Below, in pieces: positions 36,101-48,260 of a stretch of 64,000 bases of DNA. The DNA comes from Tubulanus polymorphus. Lineage: Eukaryota; Animalia; Nemertea. Position 1 is the stretch's first letter. Each line of letters opens with the position of its first letter. The stretch spans positions 13,548,485 through 13,612,484 of the forward strand of contig NC_134027.1 in the NCBI RefSeq assembly GCF_964204645.1, written 5' to 3'. Under the pieces are notes generated by a model. The model did not search any database. It was not told the DNA's origin and was given only the letters and a program-made list of their open reading frames with translations. The position numbers and the translations under genes were made by a program.

Positions 36101-37905
36101 AAGATTTCTTCAAATTAATGAATAATAGTTTTTATGGTAAAACATGTGAAAATATTAGAAATAGAAATGATATTGAATTAGTAGATAATTCTGAAAGATT
36201 AAGACACCTACAATCAAGTCCTAGACATTTAGGAAATAAAAAATTTGAAGATTATTTAACAGCAGTTAAATTGAAAAGAACGTCAAAGAAATGTAATAAA
36301 CCTATATTCATTGGTTCAACTGTTTTAGAAGTATCAAAATTATTAATGTATGATTTTTATTATAATGTTTTACAACCACTTTTTGGGGAAAAGCATATTG
36401 AAATATTATATTTTGATTCTGTAACAGCTGACACCCCAATATTATTAAAATGTAATGATAAAATATTAATAAGAAGAATTTCAGAAATAATTCCAAAACA
36501 AAATGAACGTTATATTTCATATGGTGAAAAAGAATTGATACAAATAAATGGATTAATGGATGTTTGGACAAGAAATGGATGGAAAAAATTAAAGAATATT
36601 ATTAGACATAAAACAAATAAGAAAATCTATAGAGTTAGAACTAAATTAGGGTTAGTAGATGTTACAGAAGATCATAGTTTAATTAAACGAAATGGCGATG
36701 AAATAAAACCAACTGATATAAAAATTGGAGATGAATTATTACATAAAAGATTTTTCCAAAGAATGAATCATATGTCATTTGATGAAATAATTGATAATAT
36801 TTATAATATAGAACCCGAAACATTAGAAGAAAAAGAATATTTTATCATAGGATTTTTTATGGGTGATGGTTCAGCAGGTGTGTATAATTATGTTAATCGC
36901 ACTCAATATTGCTGGTATTTATGCAATCAAGATTTGAAATTATTAGAAAGAATAAAGAAATTCTGTGAAGAAGTTTATTCACATAAAACATTCAAAATCA
37001 TAGATGTTATGAAATCATCGCAATGTTATAGAATACATGTGAATAATCCTAAAGATTTTGCTATAAAATATAATGACGAAATCTATATTCATGCAATAGT
37101 GAAAAGTAATACTTCAACTAAAGAAAAGATAGTTCCAGATTATGTATTAAATGTAAAAAATAATTTAAGAAAATGGTTCTTCATTGGATTCTACGCAGCA
37201 GATGGTACTAAAAGTTTCAAAAACCGCAAAACAATATCTTTAGCTCAAAAAGGAAAAGTTGCTATATCAGGATTAAATATATTATGCAATTCATTAGGTT
37301 TTAATATGAATATTGGATTGATTAAATCTAAACCAAATTGCTTTAATTTAAGCCATGTAGAAAATGAGTTAACAGAAGAAGTTAAAGATTTATTTGAAAT
37401 ATATAACCCAACAGATTATGTTTATGATTTATCAACTGAAGATTGTACATTTAACCGTGGATTTCCATTAATAGCAGTCAATACTGACGCGTACATACTA
37501 AAAATCAAGACAAATGACATAACAAAAGACTTAAAAACATTAAAACATCATTTTGATTTTAGCAATTATCCCAAAGATCATGAACTATTTAGCAATGATA
37601 ATAAAAAGATTCCTGGTAAATTTAAAGATGAATTAGGGGGTGATGAAATGATTGAATTTGTTGGGATAAGAAGTAAAATGTATAGTTATAGAACAAAAGA
37701 TCATGAAGCTAAAAAGTTAAAAGGAATAACAAAACATGTGGTTGATAAACATATAGAATTTCAAGATTATATAAAGTGTTTATATAAATCAATTGTAATG
37801 AAACATAAAATGAATTGTTTAAGATCAGAAGATCACGAGATGTACATTAATGAAGTTGAAAAAACTAGTTTAAATCCATTTGATGATAAAAGGCACAAAA
37901 ATTAA
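33144..37905 (+). pseudogene. polB: Protein-primed family B DNA polymerase (pPolB), disrupted, intein-containing
   Basis: Zn fingers, FEGSG, NKCFLWS..HYMW, ExoI YGDFES, RDHDH..AAHEDCN, ExoII FHNLSGYD, FLDSYRF, YIDANNLY, KLMNNSFYGK, YFD|TDA, PGKFKDE, SKMY, KLKGI, FDDKR; split over four ORFs. Confidence 0.95.
36418..37482 (+). mobile_element. Intein (355 aa) with LAGLIDADG homing endonuclease, in PolB motif C
   Basis: Block A SVTADTPILL, block B VTEDHSL, motifs IIGFFMGDGS and FIGFYAADGT, block F YVYDLSTE, terminal Asn followed by Thr; removal restores YFDTD. Confidence 0.95.
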
Positions 37906-37975
37906 ATTAATTGTTAAATTAATCATAAATAAGTTGACTAAATATTTTGAAGATAGTAATTTTTTTGATTAATAA

Positions 37976-38968
37976 ATGAGTGATAATAAGTGGATAATAA
38001 CTGGATTATATAATGGCGCCTTACTATCAGTTGGAACTGTTGGTTATTCAATGGTATTAAAAAAAGTATTTGAAAGGGAAGTGTTAATGTTGATAGATTT
38101 GATATAAATGATATTTTAAAATTAACATTAGCAATTACTTTATCTAATTTAACTATTGATTATTTGGAAAAACAAAAATATATTCCTCCCATATAAATGC
38201 GTAATTATTTTACTAAATAAATGGCTTCTGCAATTATAACTATTATAGGATCGGCAATTCTTAACGCTTTAGCATTTACTGGTGGCGGTTATTTATTTAA
38301 GCATATTGATAAAGATAGTTCATTAGGAGAACAAAGAAGACATAATTTAGCATTAGAGAAATATAATAAAGCAGCAGAAGAATATAGAGAAAAGAGGCAA
38401 AACTATATGGATTATATTAACAAGGAATTATATGATCAGAAGATTTCACATAGAGATTTTCAGTCAGTCGATGATGCAATGAGTTTATGTAACGCGGTAA
38501 CCAATAAAGAAAAATTACATCTATACAAACCTAAATTATCAGATTATTATACCCCGAGTAAAGAACAACAGAAATATGAAATAATATGGATTTTAGGTGA
38601 AACAGTTATTGTCATATAGATTTACTAAGTAGTAATTTTTTTTCTAAATAAATCGAAGTTAAAGTTGATAGTATTGATATTATTCCTCATGATATAAATA
38701 AAACTAAATTAAAAATATATTTAGAAAAACAAATATTAGAATTTGAAAATGATTTAAAAGTTAAAAAGAAAAAATATTTAAAAAGTAAAATTATATATTA
38801 TCTTATTATTAGTGGTTCGGTTACAATTAGTTCTGTAATAACATTTCTAGCAATATTCAGTCCATTAACACCTTTAGCTATATCAATTGGTGTGTTAGGA
38901 TTAAGTTCAAGTGTTTTAACTGGTATAAGTTCAAAATTAAATATAAAAAGTAATAAAGAAAAAATTAA
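37976..38968 (+). pseudogene. A2 copies of the 73-, 140- and 144-aa membrane genes, followed by a ~1.4-kb deletion
   Basis: Colinear with 5414-6418, then jumps to the equivalent of ~7820. Confidence 0.85.
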
Positions 38969-39049
38969 TTAATTGATTAGCTTTAACTTGTATAGGAATT
39001 GTTATAGGAGGAATATTATATTTCAAATTTTAATTTTTTTATTATATAA

Positions 39050-40510
39050 ATGGATGTAGAAGGTGGAGAAGATATTGGAATGGATCCTTTAGATGAACCT
39101 GGTATAACTGATGAACAACAACCTGATTTTAGTGAAACAAGTTTTAATGACGGTAATGAGCCACAATATAATAATAATTTAAATATGCCTGATTATATTA
39201 AAAACGCAGAATCACAATTAAATCCTGAAAATTGAGACTCAGATTTAGTAAAACAAGATTTAGATAATTTAAACAAAATACGTAAATTAGAACATTTAAT
39301 TGAAAATTCTAAACTTAATATAAATGATGAAGACGTTGGGCCTTTAGTAGTTCAATTAAAATTTTTAGATAATGGTAAATGGTATTATCATTTGAAAGGT
39401 GATTATTATATTGATATCACTTATAAAAATAATAAAAATAAAATATTATCAAAATCAACTTTGAGTAATTTAGATCCAGATAGAATTAAGAGAATAAGTA
39501 ATAGTAATGAAATAACTGATGTTACGCAAAAAGAAAGAGATGATAATATAGACGTATTTAAACAAAGAATTAATGAATTATTTGAAACAATCAAAAATAA
39601 ATCAGAAACAGAAACAACTTCTGAAAAGAATATAACTTCCAAAACTAGTAAACTTAAATCAAATAAAGTTCCAATTGAAAAACTTTTACCGAATGGATTA
39701 ATTGATGCAACAGATCAAGAATTAGAAGATTTAAATAATATATTTTCTGTTGAAGCAATTAGAGAAATTAAAAGTATAAGACTTGCATCTGATTAAATTG
39801 CGCATGATAAAAGTATAAGAGATTTTAAAATTAGAACTTTAGAAAAAGAATTAACTGATAAAAATAAAGAAATAGAACAATTAAAGTCTGATTTAGATCA
39901 TCAAGTAATTGACGAAATAGAATATAGGCAAAAAGAATTACGTTTAGAAAAAGAAAAAGATGATTTAGAATATAACATAGAATTACAAAAAGAAAAAATT
40001 AAATTATTGTTAAAATCATATGATGATAATATTAATAGATTAAAAGTTATTTTTAAAGATTTGTTGATAAAACCAAATTCTGAAATATCATTAAAAGATA
40101 GAATAAAGTTATTATTTAAATTAGAAGGAATAACAATTCTTTCAATTCTAACAGCTGTAACTCTGTTATTTACAACTATTGGTTTAGCAATATCAAATGC
40201 TTTAAAATCTACTCCTACTCCAAATAAACCAGATAAACCCCCAGGTAATAATTCTATACAAGATAAAGTTAAAGATGGTTTAAAGAAATTAGCAAAATAT
40301 TTATGGAAACTATCTAAAAAATCTGCTGCAGCTTTACCAGGAATTATTGCATCAATTGTTGGTTTTATATTAAAATCTGCTGGAAATATTCTTAACTTTG
40401 CTGCTGAACATATTACTTTATTTTTAATTACAGTTGTAAGTGCTAGTATTTTTGGGTTAGTGAATATGATATCAAAAAGATATCAAGAAAAAATAATAAA
40501 AAATAAATAA
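39050..40510 (+). pseudogene. A2 copy of the ~487-aa coiled-coil/TM protein
   Basis: Homologous to 7892-9355 with different stop codons. Confidence 0.85.
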
Positions 40511-40529
40511 TTAATTTTTTGTTAAATAA

Positions 40530-41777
40530 ATGAGTGGGTGTTATATAAGGCCTTCTAAGATTTCTAGAATATCTAATGCTATTAAAGCAGAAAGATCACA
40601 TCATATAATTACACATAATCCTTCAAATATTAATCCCGATAAAACTTTATATGTTAGAATTCCTAGATTAACACAAAATACTTTTTATGTTCCAAATAGT
40701 ATTTATTTATCGACTGATATAAAAGTAATTGGTCATGATAATAATTATGTTGTTGATAATGTTGGGAGATATTTGATTAAAAAATTAACTATAAAGATTG
40801 GTCCAGAAACAGTTTTCTCATTAGATGATTATAATTTATTTATGCATTATAAAGATTTATGGTTAACTAAAGAAAATAGAAATAATATGATATTTCAGGG
40901 TATTCAATCGGAAAACCATAATAAATTAAGATCTGAAGCCAATAATGCAGTAGTAACTAATGCTGTAGATAATTCGATAAAAAAGATTTATGGAAGCAAA
41001 TATAAAATTCCATTAGACTTTGAAATTATAAATAATAATGCACCTTTATATAAATATGTAATTCAAGAAGATATTATATTTCAGATAACATTTGCTCCTG
41101 TAAATGAAATTGTATTATCTAGCGTTGTTGAAGATATGGGATATAAATTATCGAATATATGCTTAGAATATGATACAGTAACTAATGAAAATATTGCTTA
41201 CACAATTCAAACTCAATACAATCAAGGATTTTCATTATTATATGATTATATTGATAAATTTAAAACTGTAACTATTAATGCAAATGATGAAATAATTAAT
41301 GAGAATATTAACTTCCCAAGAAGACCTATTAAAGGTATATTAATATTTTTTACTATTGCAACATATTCTAATGGCGCAATAAATGTTGATAGTTAATATA
41401 ATCCTGAAATAACAAAAGTAGAAATAACTATCGAAGGAATAGCAAATAAAATATTTTGTCAAGGAATGAGAATGATAGATCAGTGGCCAGAAATTAGAAA
41501 ACATTTTATGAATGAAAAAGTAAAATAATTTGAAAATTGTAATATTAATCAAATTGATTATTATACCGGTAATAAATATGCATTATGGTTAGATTTTAGA
41601 ACAACAGAGGATAATTCATTACATGGTTCTGGAAAAAAACTACAGAACACTAAAGATGGAATACAATTATTCATGACAAAGAAAAGAGGAGACAGAAATT
41701 TCAAAATGCACATTTATATTATATCTGACGCACAATTAAATATTGTAAATTCACAATTAGATAGTATTCAATATTAG
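40530..41777 (+). pseudogene. A2 putative major capsid protein
   Basis: Homologous to 9376-10611; disrupted near 41396. Confidence 0.75.
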
Positions 41778-41807
41778 AAATATAAAGTTAAAATTAAGGA
41801 TATATAA

Positions 41808-42940
41808 ATGGGTGGTAAAAAAACTCCTAATACTAAAGAACAATATTTAAGAAATTTATATTACAACCCTGAGAGTTCGGTTGCTTATTCTTCTACCAAA
41901 AATATATGGCGTCAAGTAAAACAAGATAAATTAGATAAGATAATCCCACAAAATTTAGTTGAATATAAAGATATAAATGAATTTATGTTAGAACAACTAA
42001 CATATACAACACATAAACAAATTGTTAGAAAATGTAAAACTCGTAAAACTATGGTAAGTTATGTAGATCAACAGTGGCAAGGAGATTTAAATGATATGAA
42101 AAATGTTAAGAAAGATAATGATGATTATTGGTGGTTATTGAATATAATTGATATTTTTAGTCGTTATGTATGGAGTTTCCCACTTTATAGAAAAGATGCT
42201 GTGCAAACATCAAATGTTTTAAGAAAATATCATTCGGATGATAAACTAAAACCAGAAAAAATACAATTTGATGATGGAAAAGAATTTGATAATTCACTTG
42301 TTCATGAACTCTTAGATAATCATAATATTAAATATTTTTCAACAAAATCGGATAAAAAAGCAGCAGTTGTTGAACGATTTAATAGAACATTAAGAACAAG
42401 AATGCGGAAATATTTTACAGCAAATAATACTTTTAAATGGATTGATGTTCTACCAAAATTGATAGAAGGATATAATAATTCTTATCATTCTTCTATTGGA
42501 ATGAAACCTATTGATGCTAGAAAACCTGAAAATGCTGAAATTGTTTGGAATAATTTATATGGAGCATTTCTTGTAGATGATTTTGGTGAACCTAAATTTA
42601 AAGTTGGTCAAAATGTTAGAATTTCTAAGTATAAAAAGATATTTGACAAAGGATACGATCGATAAATTTTACTAGGGAAATATATGAAATAAAAAAGGTA
42701 ATAACAACAAAACCATATGTCTATAAATTAGAAGATTTAGATGGTGAAGAAGTTGATGGCTACTTTTACGAAGAAGAATTAAGTTTAACTACTGAAAATC
42801 TAGAACAAGAATATAAAATTGAAAAAGTATTAAAAGCAAAAACTATTAAAAGAAAAAAATATTCTTTAGTAAACTGGGTTGGATGGCCAGATAAATTCAA
42901 TGAATGGATATTATCAAGTAACATTAAAAATATATAAATG
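41808..42940 (+). pseudogene. A2 integrase
   Basis: Homologous to 10642; frameshift near 42663. Confidence 0.92.
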
Positions 42941-43536
42941 AATAAGGAATTATTTATATTTGAGCCTCATAATATGTTAACTTCTGGTGTAACAAATTGT
43001 GGAAAAACTTATTTTATATTAAATTTATTAGAAACTTTATAAAAACTATTTTGATAATATAGTATTATTTTGTCCAACATATGAATTTAATCAAACTTAT
43101 GATAGAAATAATACTAGAAATAATAAATCTATTATATTAGATCCTAAAACAGTAAAAGAAAATTTAGATAATTGTATTAAAATAGCAATAGATATTTATA
43201 AAGGATCAAATACATTATTCATTATAGATGATTGTGCACATTTACATGATTCAAAAATTAGAGAGAGTGAGTTATGCTATTTAGCTTTTTCTGGCAGACA
43301 TTTTGGGATAACAACATGGGTTTTAAATCAAAAATATAATTCAATTGTTAAAGACTTTAGGGAGAATTCTAGTTTTATTCTACAATAAAGATAGAAAATC
43401 GATGAAAAATGCACTTGAGGAAAATGATATTATTCCACATGATTTACATAATGAATATATGGATAAATTGAAAAATATTAAAAGATCAAAATTACTATTT
43501 AGATTACAACGCCCATTTAAATATGAATTTGTTTAA
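42938..43536 (+). pseudogene. A2 packaging ATPase
   Basis: TAAATG start, GVTNCGKT, FIIDD; small deletions. Confidence 0.88.
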
Positions 43537-43812
43537 ATTCAACTAGCTTGTTAATCTAGTATATTTTTTAGTTATATTCTAGTTTAATTCTAGTTATTGG
43601 TATTTGGAACAAAAATCAACTAGATTTAACAATATTTTAACTAGCTTGTTAATCTAGTTTAATTCTAGTTACATTCTAGTTGAATTCTAGTTGTTAGTAG
43701 TTGGAACAAAAATCAACTAGATTTAACAAGAAATAAATAAAAACAACAATATTTCAACTAGCTTGTTAATCTAGTTGAATTCTAGTTACGTTCTAGTTGA
43801 ATTCTAGTTGCA
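43537..43812. repeat. CTAG-core repeat array (A2)
   Basis: Matches 12378-12650. Confidence 0.85.
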
Positions 43813-43841
43813 ACATCACAACTAATGTTTTTGTTATATAA

Positions 43842-44400
43842 ATGGTAGGTGAAGAGAAAATAAAATCTAAAAATGGTGATGTTCCAATTGAAAAAACTTT
43901 AGATGATTTAGGAATAACAGAAAACAAATTAATTCCAGATGATGGTGCTTTAAATAATGTTACAACAAATAATAATTATGAATATTATCTTTATTGTAAA
44001 CATCAATTAGAAATATTAATAGCATCTGGAAAATGTAAAAATTTTATCGGTAAAAATTCAACTTATAATGAATTAGATACAATGAAATCAGATGAAATTT
44101 TTAGATTATTTAAGATTTATGAAACCGCGAGAACAGCTAGAATTAATGACGCGATATCAGAAAATGTAGTAAAAGGTTATAGTAAATTATGTAATTATAT
44201 ACTACCAATTGAAGATGAAAATAGATTATATTCCGATTAAAAAATGGTTATTTAGTTATGACTGAATTAAATAAATGGATTGGATATTTATCATTTCAAT
44301 TAGGTGGATTTATGACATTATTATCAACTGGAGTTATAACATTTTCAAATATTGAAAGTAAAAATATTTCTATAATAAATGAACGAGGTGGAAGAAGTGA
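43842..44400 (+). pseudogene. A2 copy of the 201-aa gene
   Basis: Homology; premature stop at 44240. Confidence 0.8.
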
Positions 44401-44759
44401 AGAAAAAACCGAGATCACAGAAACAAATTGAATGGTCTCGGCAATTAGGAATTAAATCACAAGAATATAAAAAAGCTGTAAAAGAAAAAATAAGTAATAA
44501 AAATGTTAATGAAAATGGTGAAAATATTGTTATTTCTACTCCTTCTAATGATAGAATATTTGATAAATGTCTATATTTTACAGTTGGATTTGTAATTGTA
44601 TTCATTTTGATTGGGTGTAATTGGTATAAGAAATCAAATAAAATTCATGATATTAATAATTCTGGAACAACTGCTATCAAAAATGAAAATACTTCTGAAA
44701 TTCCAAAATTGATAATAAAAAAATGGATTAATATTCTAGAAAAAAAACAAAAAAAATAA
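44379..44759 (+). CDS. 126-aa single-TM protein
   Basis: Basic N-terminus, CLYFTVGFVIVFILIGC segment, TAAATG start. Confidence 0.7.
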   Translation: MNEVEEVKKKPRSQKQIEWSRQLGIKSQEYKKAVKEKISNKNVNENGENIVISTPSNDRIFDKCLYFTVGFVIVFILIGCNWYKKSNKIHDINNSGTTAIKNENTSEIPKLIIKKWINILEKKQKK

Positions 44760-45236
44760 TTGAATATCTGACTACTTTTGTCTATCTATGCGGAGCAATT
44801 AAATTGTCCAGATATGTCATTTCGGATTCTAGATATTCATTATTTTTATTAATTTATCTTGTTTTTTTAATTTGAAGTTTTTACTTGAATATTGTATTAC
44901 AGTCGTTTCTTATTATTAGTTTTTTCTTAAATTGAAAGATGGCAGCACTGGGTGTGATGCTAAAATGAATATTTGAATTTGAATTTGTTAATCAGTTAAC
45001 ATGGTAATTGATTACTAATTTGATTAAAAATTATATCATAATTAAGTTAAAAATCCATAATTCATTTATCAGTTTTCATTCCTATATTCTTTTCATTCAG
45101 AATAATTTATAATTTCAAATTTCACATATTTCTTTAGTAAACACCAGCAACATTTACATAGGTGTTTTAGCTAAGTATATAAGGCAATTCATTCCAACGC
45201 TGGAGTAGCATTGGCCAGCAGAGGCATTTTGAAAAT

Positions 45237-45437
45237 GCACCTTCGTCCACTCTCCGGGTTTCTCTTTCGGTTTCGAATTTCGAGATTGGTAGAAATTACA
45301 TTAGGCGCCTTTAATATAATGTGATTTCTGCCAATCATTGAAGGAGATCCCGGTTCACGTGGGTCGCGGGGGTGTAAGTAGAAATGACGGGGGATAAGCG
45401 TCCCGTGGCGCCTTTCAATAACGGGATGCTTATCCCC
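45237..45437 (+). ncRNA. Candidate structured RNA with two long hairpins
   Basis: 20-bp and 17-bp stems whose only mismatches are G-U on the + strand; shared loop GGCGCCTTT(C)AATA. Confidence 0.45.
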
Positions 45438-45740
45438 TGAAAACTCTGTAGGTCGAGGATAGGGCAATTTTGCTAAAACTTACCGTAAAAACATTGAAAT
45501 ATTCCTTTTAATCACGAGAGAGAATGACTATCCTCCTGTCCTGTGTGTGTTGTATGTACTGCGTTATTTAACTGCTATAACAACAACGTTGAATTGCAAC
45601 ACCTGTTTGATCGATCAATATTCAAATGAAGCACTCTCTTATAATAACATGTAACAGATGTTTGACTGTATGATTGTAGTTGTTTGTAAAACGACTAAGG
45701 TCATTTTGGATTCTAGATATTCATTATTTATATTTTTTAT

Positions 45741-46067
45741 TTAATCAACAATTTCTAAATCATGATGACCGTCTTCATTTTTCCCATGATAGATTATTTT
45801 AAATCCTTCTAAATCTTTTAATTCTTCTGTACTCAATGAAACCCATTTATCAGGTAAAAACACTTTAAATTGTCGCGATGTACTAACATTACAGTAGCTT
45901 AAATTCGCTGATACTTTCTCTCCATATTTAGTTTTTATCTTTTCTAATTTCAATATTTTATGTTCAATTTCTTTTGTAACATCAACTAACTTTTTTATTT
46001 CAAATTGTTTTTTTGCTGGTTTAATTCTGTTATTTATTGTTGCTAAGAATGCTTTTCTATCTCCCAT
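45741..46067 (-). CDS. Polinton terminal 108-aa protein (A2)
   Basis: Near-identical to 20263-20589. Confidence 0.8.
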   Translation of the reverse strand: MGDRKAFLATINNRIKPAKKQFEIKKLVDVTKEIEHKILKLEKIKTKYGEKVSANLSYCNVSTSRQFKVFLPDKWVSLSTEELKDLEGFKIIYHGKNEDGHHDLEIVD

Positions 46068-46152
46068 TTATTAGGAAAAAAAATTACTTGTGGTGATGAG
46101 TGGTGTCTCGCCCTCTCGCCCTCTGATCTGAAACCCACATCTTCCTATTACT
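46063..46152 (-). repeat. Right TIR of A2
   Basis: Reverse complement of the left TIR; followed by the TSD. Confidence 0.95.
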
Positions 46153-46421
46153 TATGTTTTTTATTTAAAAAACAGTACGAGTTTTATTTTATCAATTTTA
46201 TTAATTTTATACTATATTTAGATATTATCTTAATAAAATATATATATTATGTTAAATTTAATATAGAATACAAATATTATATATTTATATTCGTATCATT
46301 CGTACCATTCGCATGTTTAAAAGTGAAATATATATATTATTAAATCGTACACTCGTACACTAGTACAGTTCGTACCATTCGTACCATTCGTACACTCGTA
46401 CATCAATATGTAAATAAAAAA

Positions 46422-47070
46422 TTAATCTTTTTCAATTTCATATTTTTCTTTAAGCTTATTATATTCTAACAATATACTCCTTTTCATTGATATTGGTATA
46501 GTTCCTAAATGATTCCCGAGTTTATATTTATCGAATGTTGCTCTTGAAAATATTTTTGGAATATAATTTTCGATTTCAGTTTTAGATGGATGTTTATTTA
46601 AAAATTCTCTAAAATCATGATATTTAAGTTCAAATAAGTTCATTGCATAAGTTACATTTGGTTTAAAGTTATCTAACTTTTTCAATACGGTAACTATATC
46701 ATTACTCGAGAAATAATCTATAAATGTTTTTCTGTACCACCGATAATCTGATATATTCATTTTATTAAATTTCGGGTAAATAACTTTTGGATTTTCTATT
46801 ACATTATCTGTACCAATATGTTTAATTGAGTATCTATGATTCAATTGTTTATCATATATTACATATTCTTTACATTTTTCACACCAAGATTTAAATACCT
46901 GTATTGCATGGGCTGAATCATTTCCACCTTTGGTTTTTAATTTATAATGTTTTGACCAATTAGTCTTTGCTATACATTCATTACAGAAGGCACAATAATT
47001 TTGGTCTTCTTTGCATTTATCTTTTTATATATTAGCATATGTTTTTACTAATTGTAAAATATGTTCATTG
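46422..47070 (-). pseudogene. Hypothetical gene, probably family B
   Basis: AT-rich Lys/Asn/Ile-biased ORF 46422-46844 with coding-like sequence upstream. Confidence 0.45.
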
Positions 47071-48049
47071 TTTCTGATGTACAATAAATAAACCCCCACA
47101 ACAATGGAATGAAGAAATCATCCCGTAATCCAATCAAAATACTCTCCAAAAATGCGCGAACACATTTCATTGGTTTACCCTCACCACGTGATGAGATCCC
47201 ACCGATTCTTGAAACGTGATCGATGTTATCCCTTCCCTCCGTTACGGGGGCAGAAGAATTTCCCAACCTCAGTTTTATTACAGGGACTATCATCAAAGCT
47301 TTTGTCATACCCACCACAATTCAGCTGATCGTCGCATTATCCAGAAACATACAATGCGCCCTGTATCATAATTTTGAAAATAAAATTCAGGTGACCACCA
47401 ATCGTACTCTCCGAACCGAAGGTGAACAATACGATAATGAGACCATAATAATCAATTACGGATACAAATAAAAGATAGTAGAAATACGCATCTCATATCA
47501 ATACCATCGAAGGAGACACCTGTAGGCCTACTTAAAAAGATGCTATACCGTGAGAAAATACAGTTTCTCATCACGATATCAATTTATCAAAGTAATTCAT
47601 TCCAATCATTATATTCAAATCATTACCCTCTCAAATTACCACCGGACGCACCTTACTCAGCACAATTACAATTCATACATTCAGATAATTATATTCAACC
47701 CGTTAACCTTTAACTTCATTACACACAAATCACCGCTATGCTACCATATTTCATAGATAACCCTCATTATACATCTTTTTCCCCCTCCTTAAATTCACAC
47801 TCTCAATAACTAATCAATTATTATTATTACTTTTTATACATTGTTTTATCAACACTTCCATTACAATCCCTTACCCCTATCATTATGATGATAATGATAA
47901 AGACAGCTCCCCAATACACCCTGAAATTACGTCACATCTGACTCCAGAACAAACATTTCTACCCCAGTCTAAAGAAATTTTGCCACGAAAACACTAAAAA
48001 GCAATACAAATTTTGTCACCTCACATAACCAACCGTTTCTTGTCCGAGT

Positions 48050-48260
48050 TTCCCGGAAAGTTTGCCGACATCACCCAATGTTTGCCGAAATCACATGTCA
48101 CCTTGCCTAAACGTTTGCCAGATTTGTCGAAAACTTTGCCGGATTCACCTAAATGTTTGCCAAAAACTTTGCCGGATTTGCATAAAAAGTTTGCACAATT
48201 TGCATAAATGTTTGCCAAGTTTGCCTAAAAGTTTGTCAATTTGGCTAAAAGTTTGCCTGT
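48050..48260. repeat. Degenerate tandem repeat with tttgcc core
   Basis: Recurring agtttgcc/tgtttgcc units. Confidence 0.75.

Larger units (their letters stand above)
33060..46152 (+). mobile_element. Polinton/Maverick copy A2 with both ends (13,093 bp, internally deleted)
   Basis: TIRs AGTAATAGGAAGATG...CATCTTCCTATTACT; TSD TATGTT at 33054-33059 and 46153-46158; pPolB, MCP, integrase, ATPase. Confidence 0.96.
28700..47070 (+). mobile_element. Divergent Polinton family B remnant, split by A2 and by a Mutator-like element
   Basis: Diverged homologues of the 201-aa and 126-aa genes, integrase and ATPase; GTAC repeat array continues on both sides of A2; outer boundaries approximate. Confidence 0.75.

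Noticed and set aside
36418-37482. Group I intron or Hedgehog-type Hint domain instead of an intein
   Set aside because: Insert is in frame, has both splice-junction residues and an internal LAGLIDADG domain, and its removal restores motif C exactly
45189-45467. 92-aa minus-strand ORF (107-aa counterpart at 19768-20091)
   Set aside because: Non-ATG start in A2, no TAAATG motif, composition unlike other genes; better explained by the structured region
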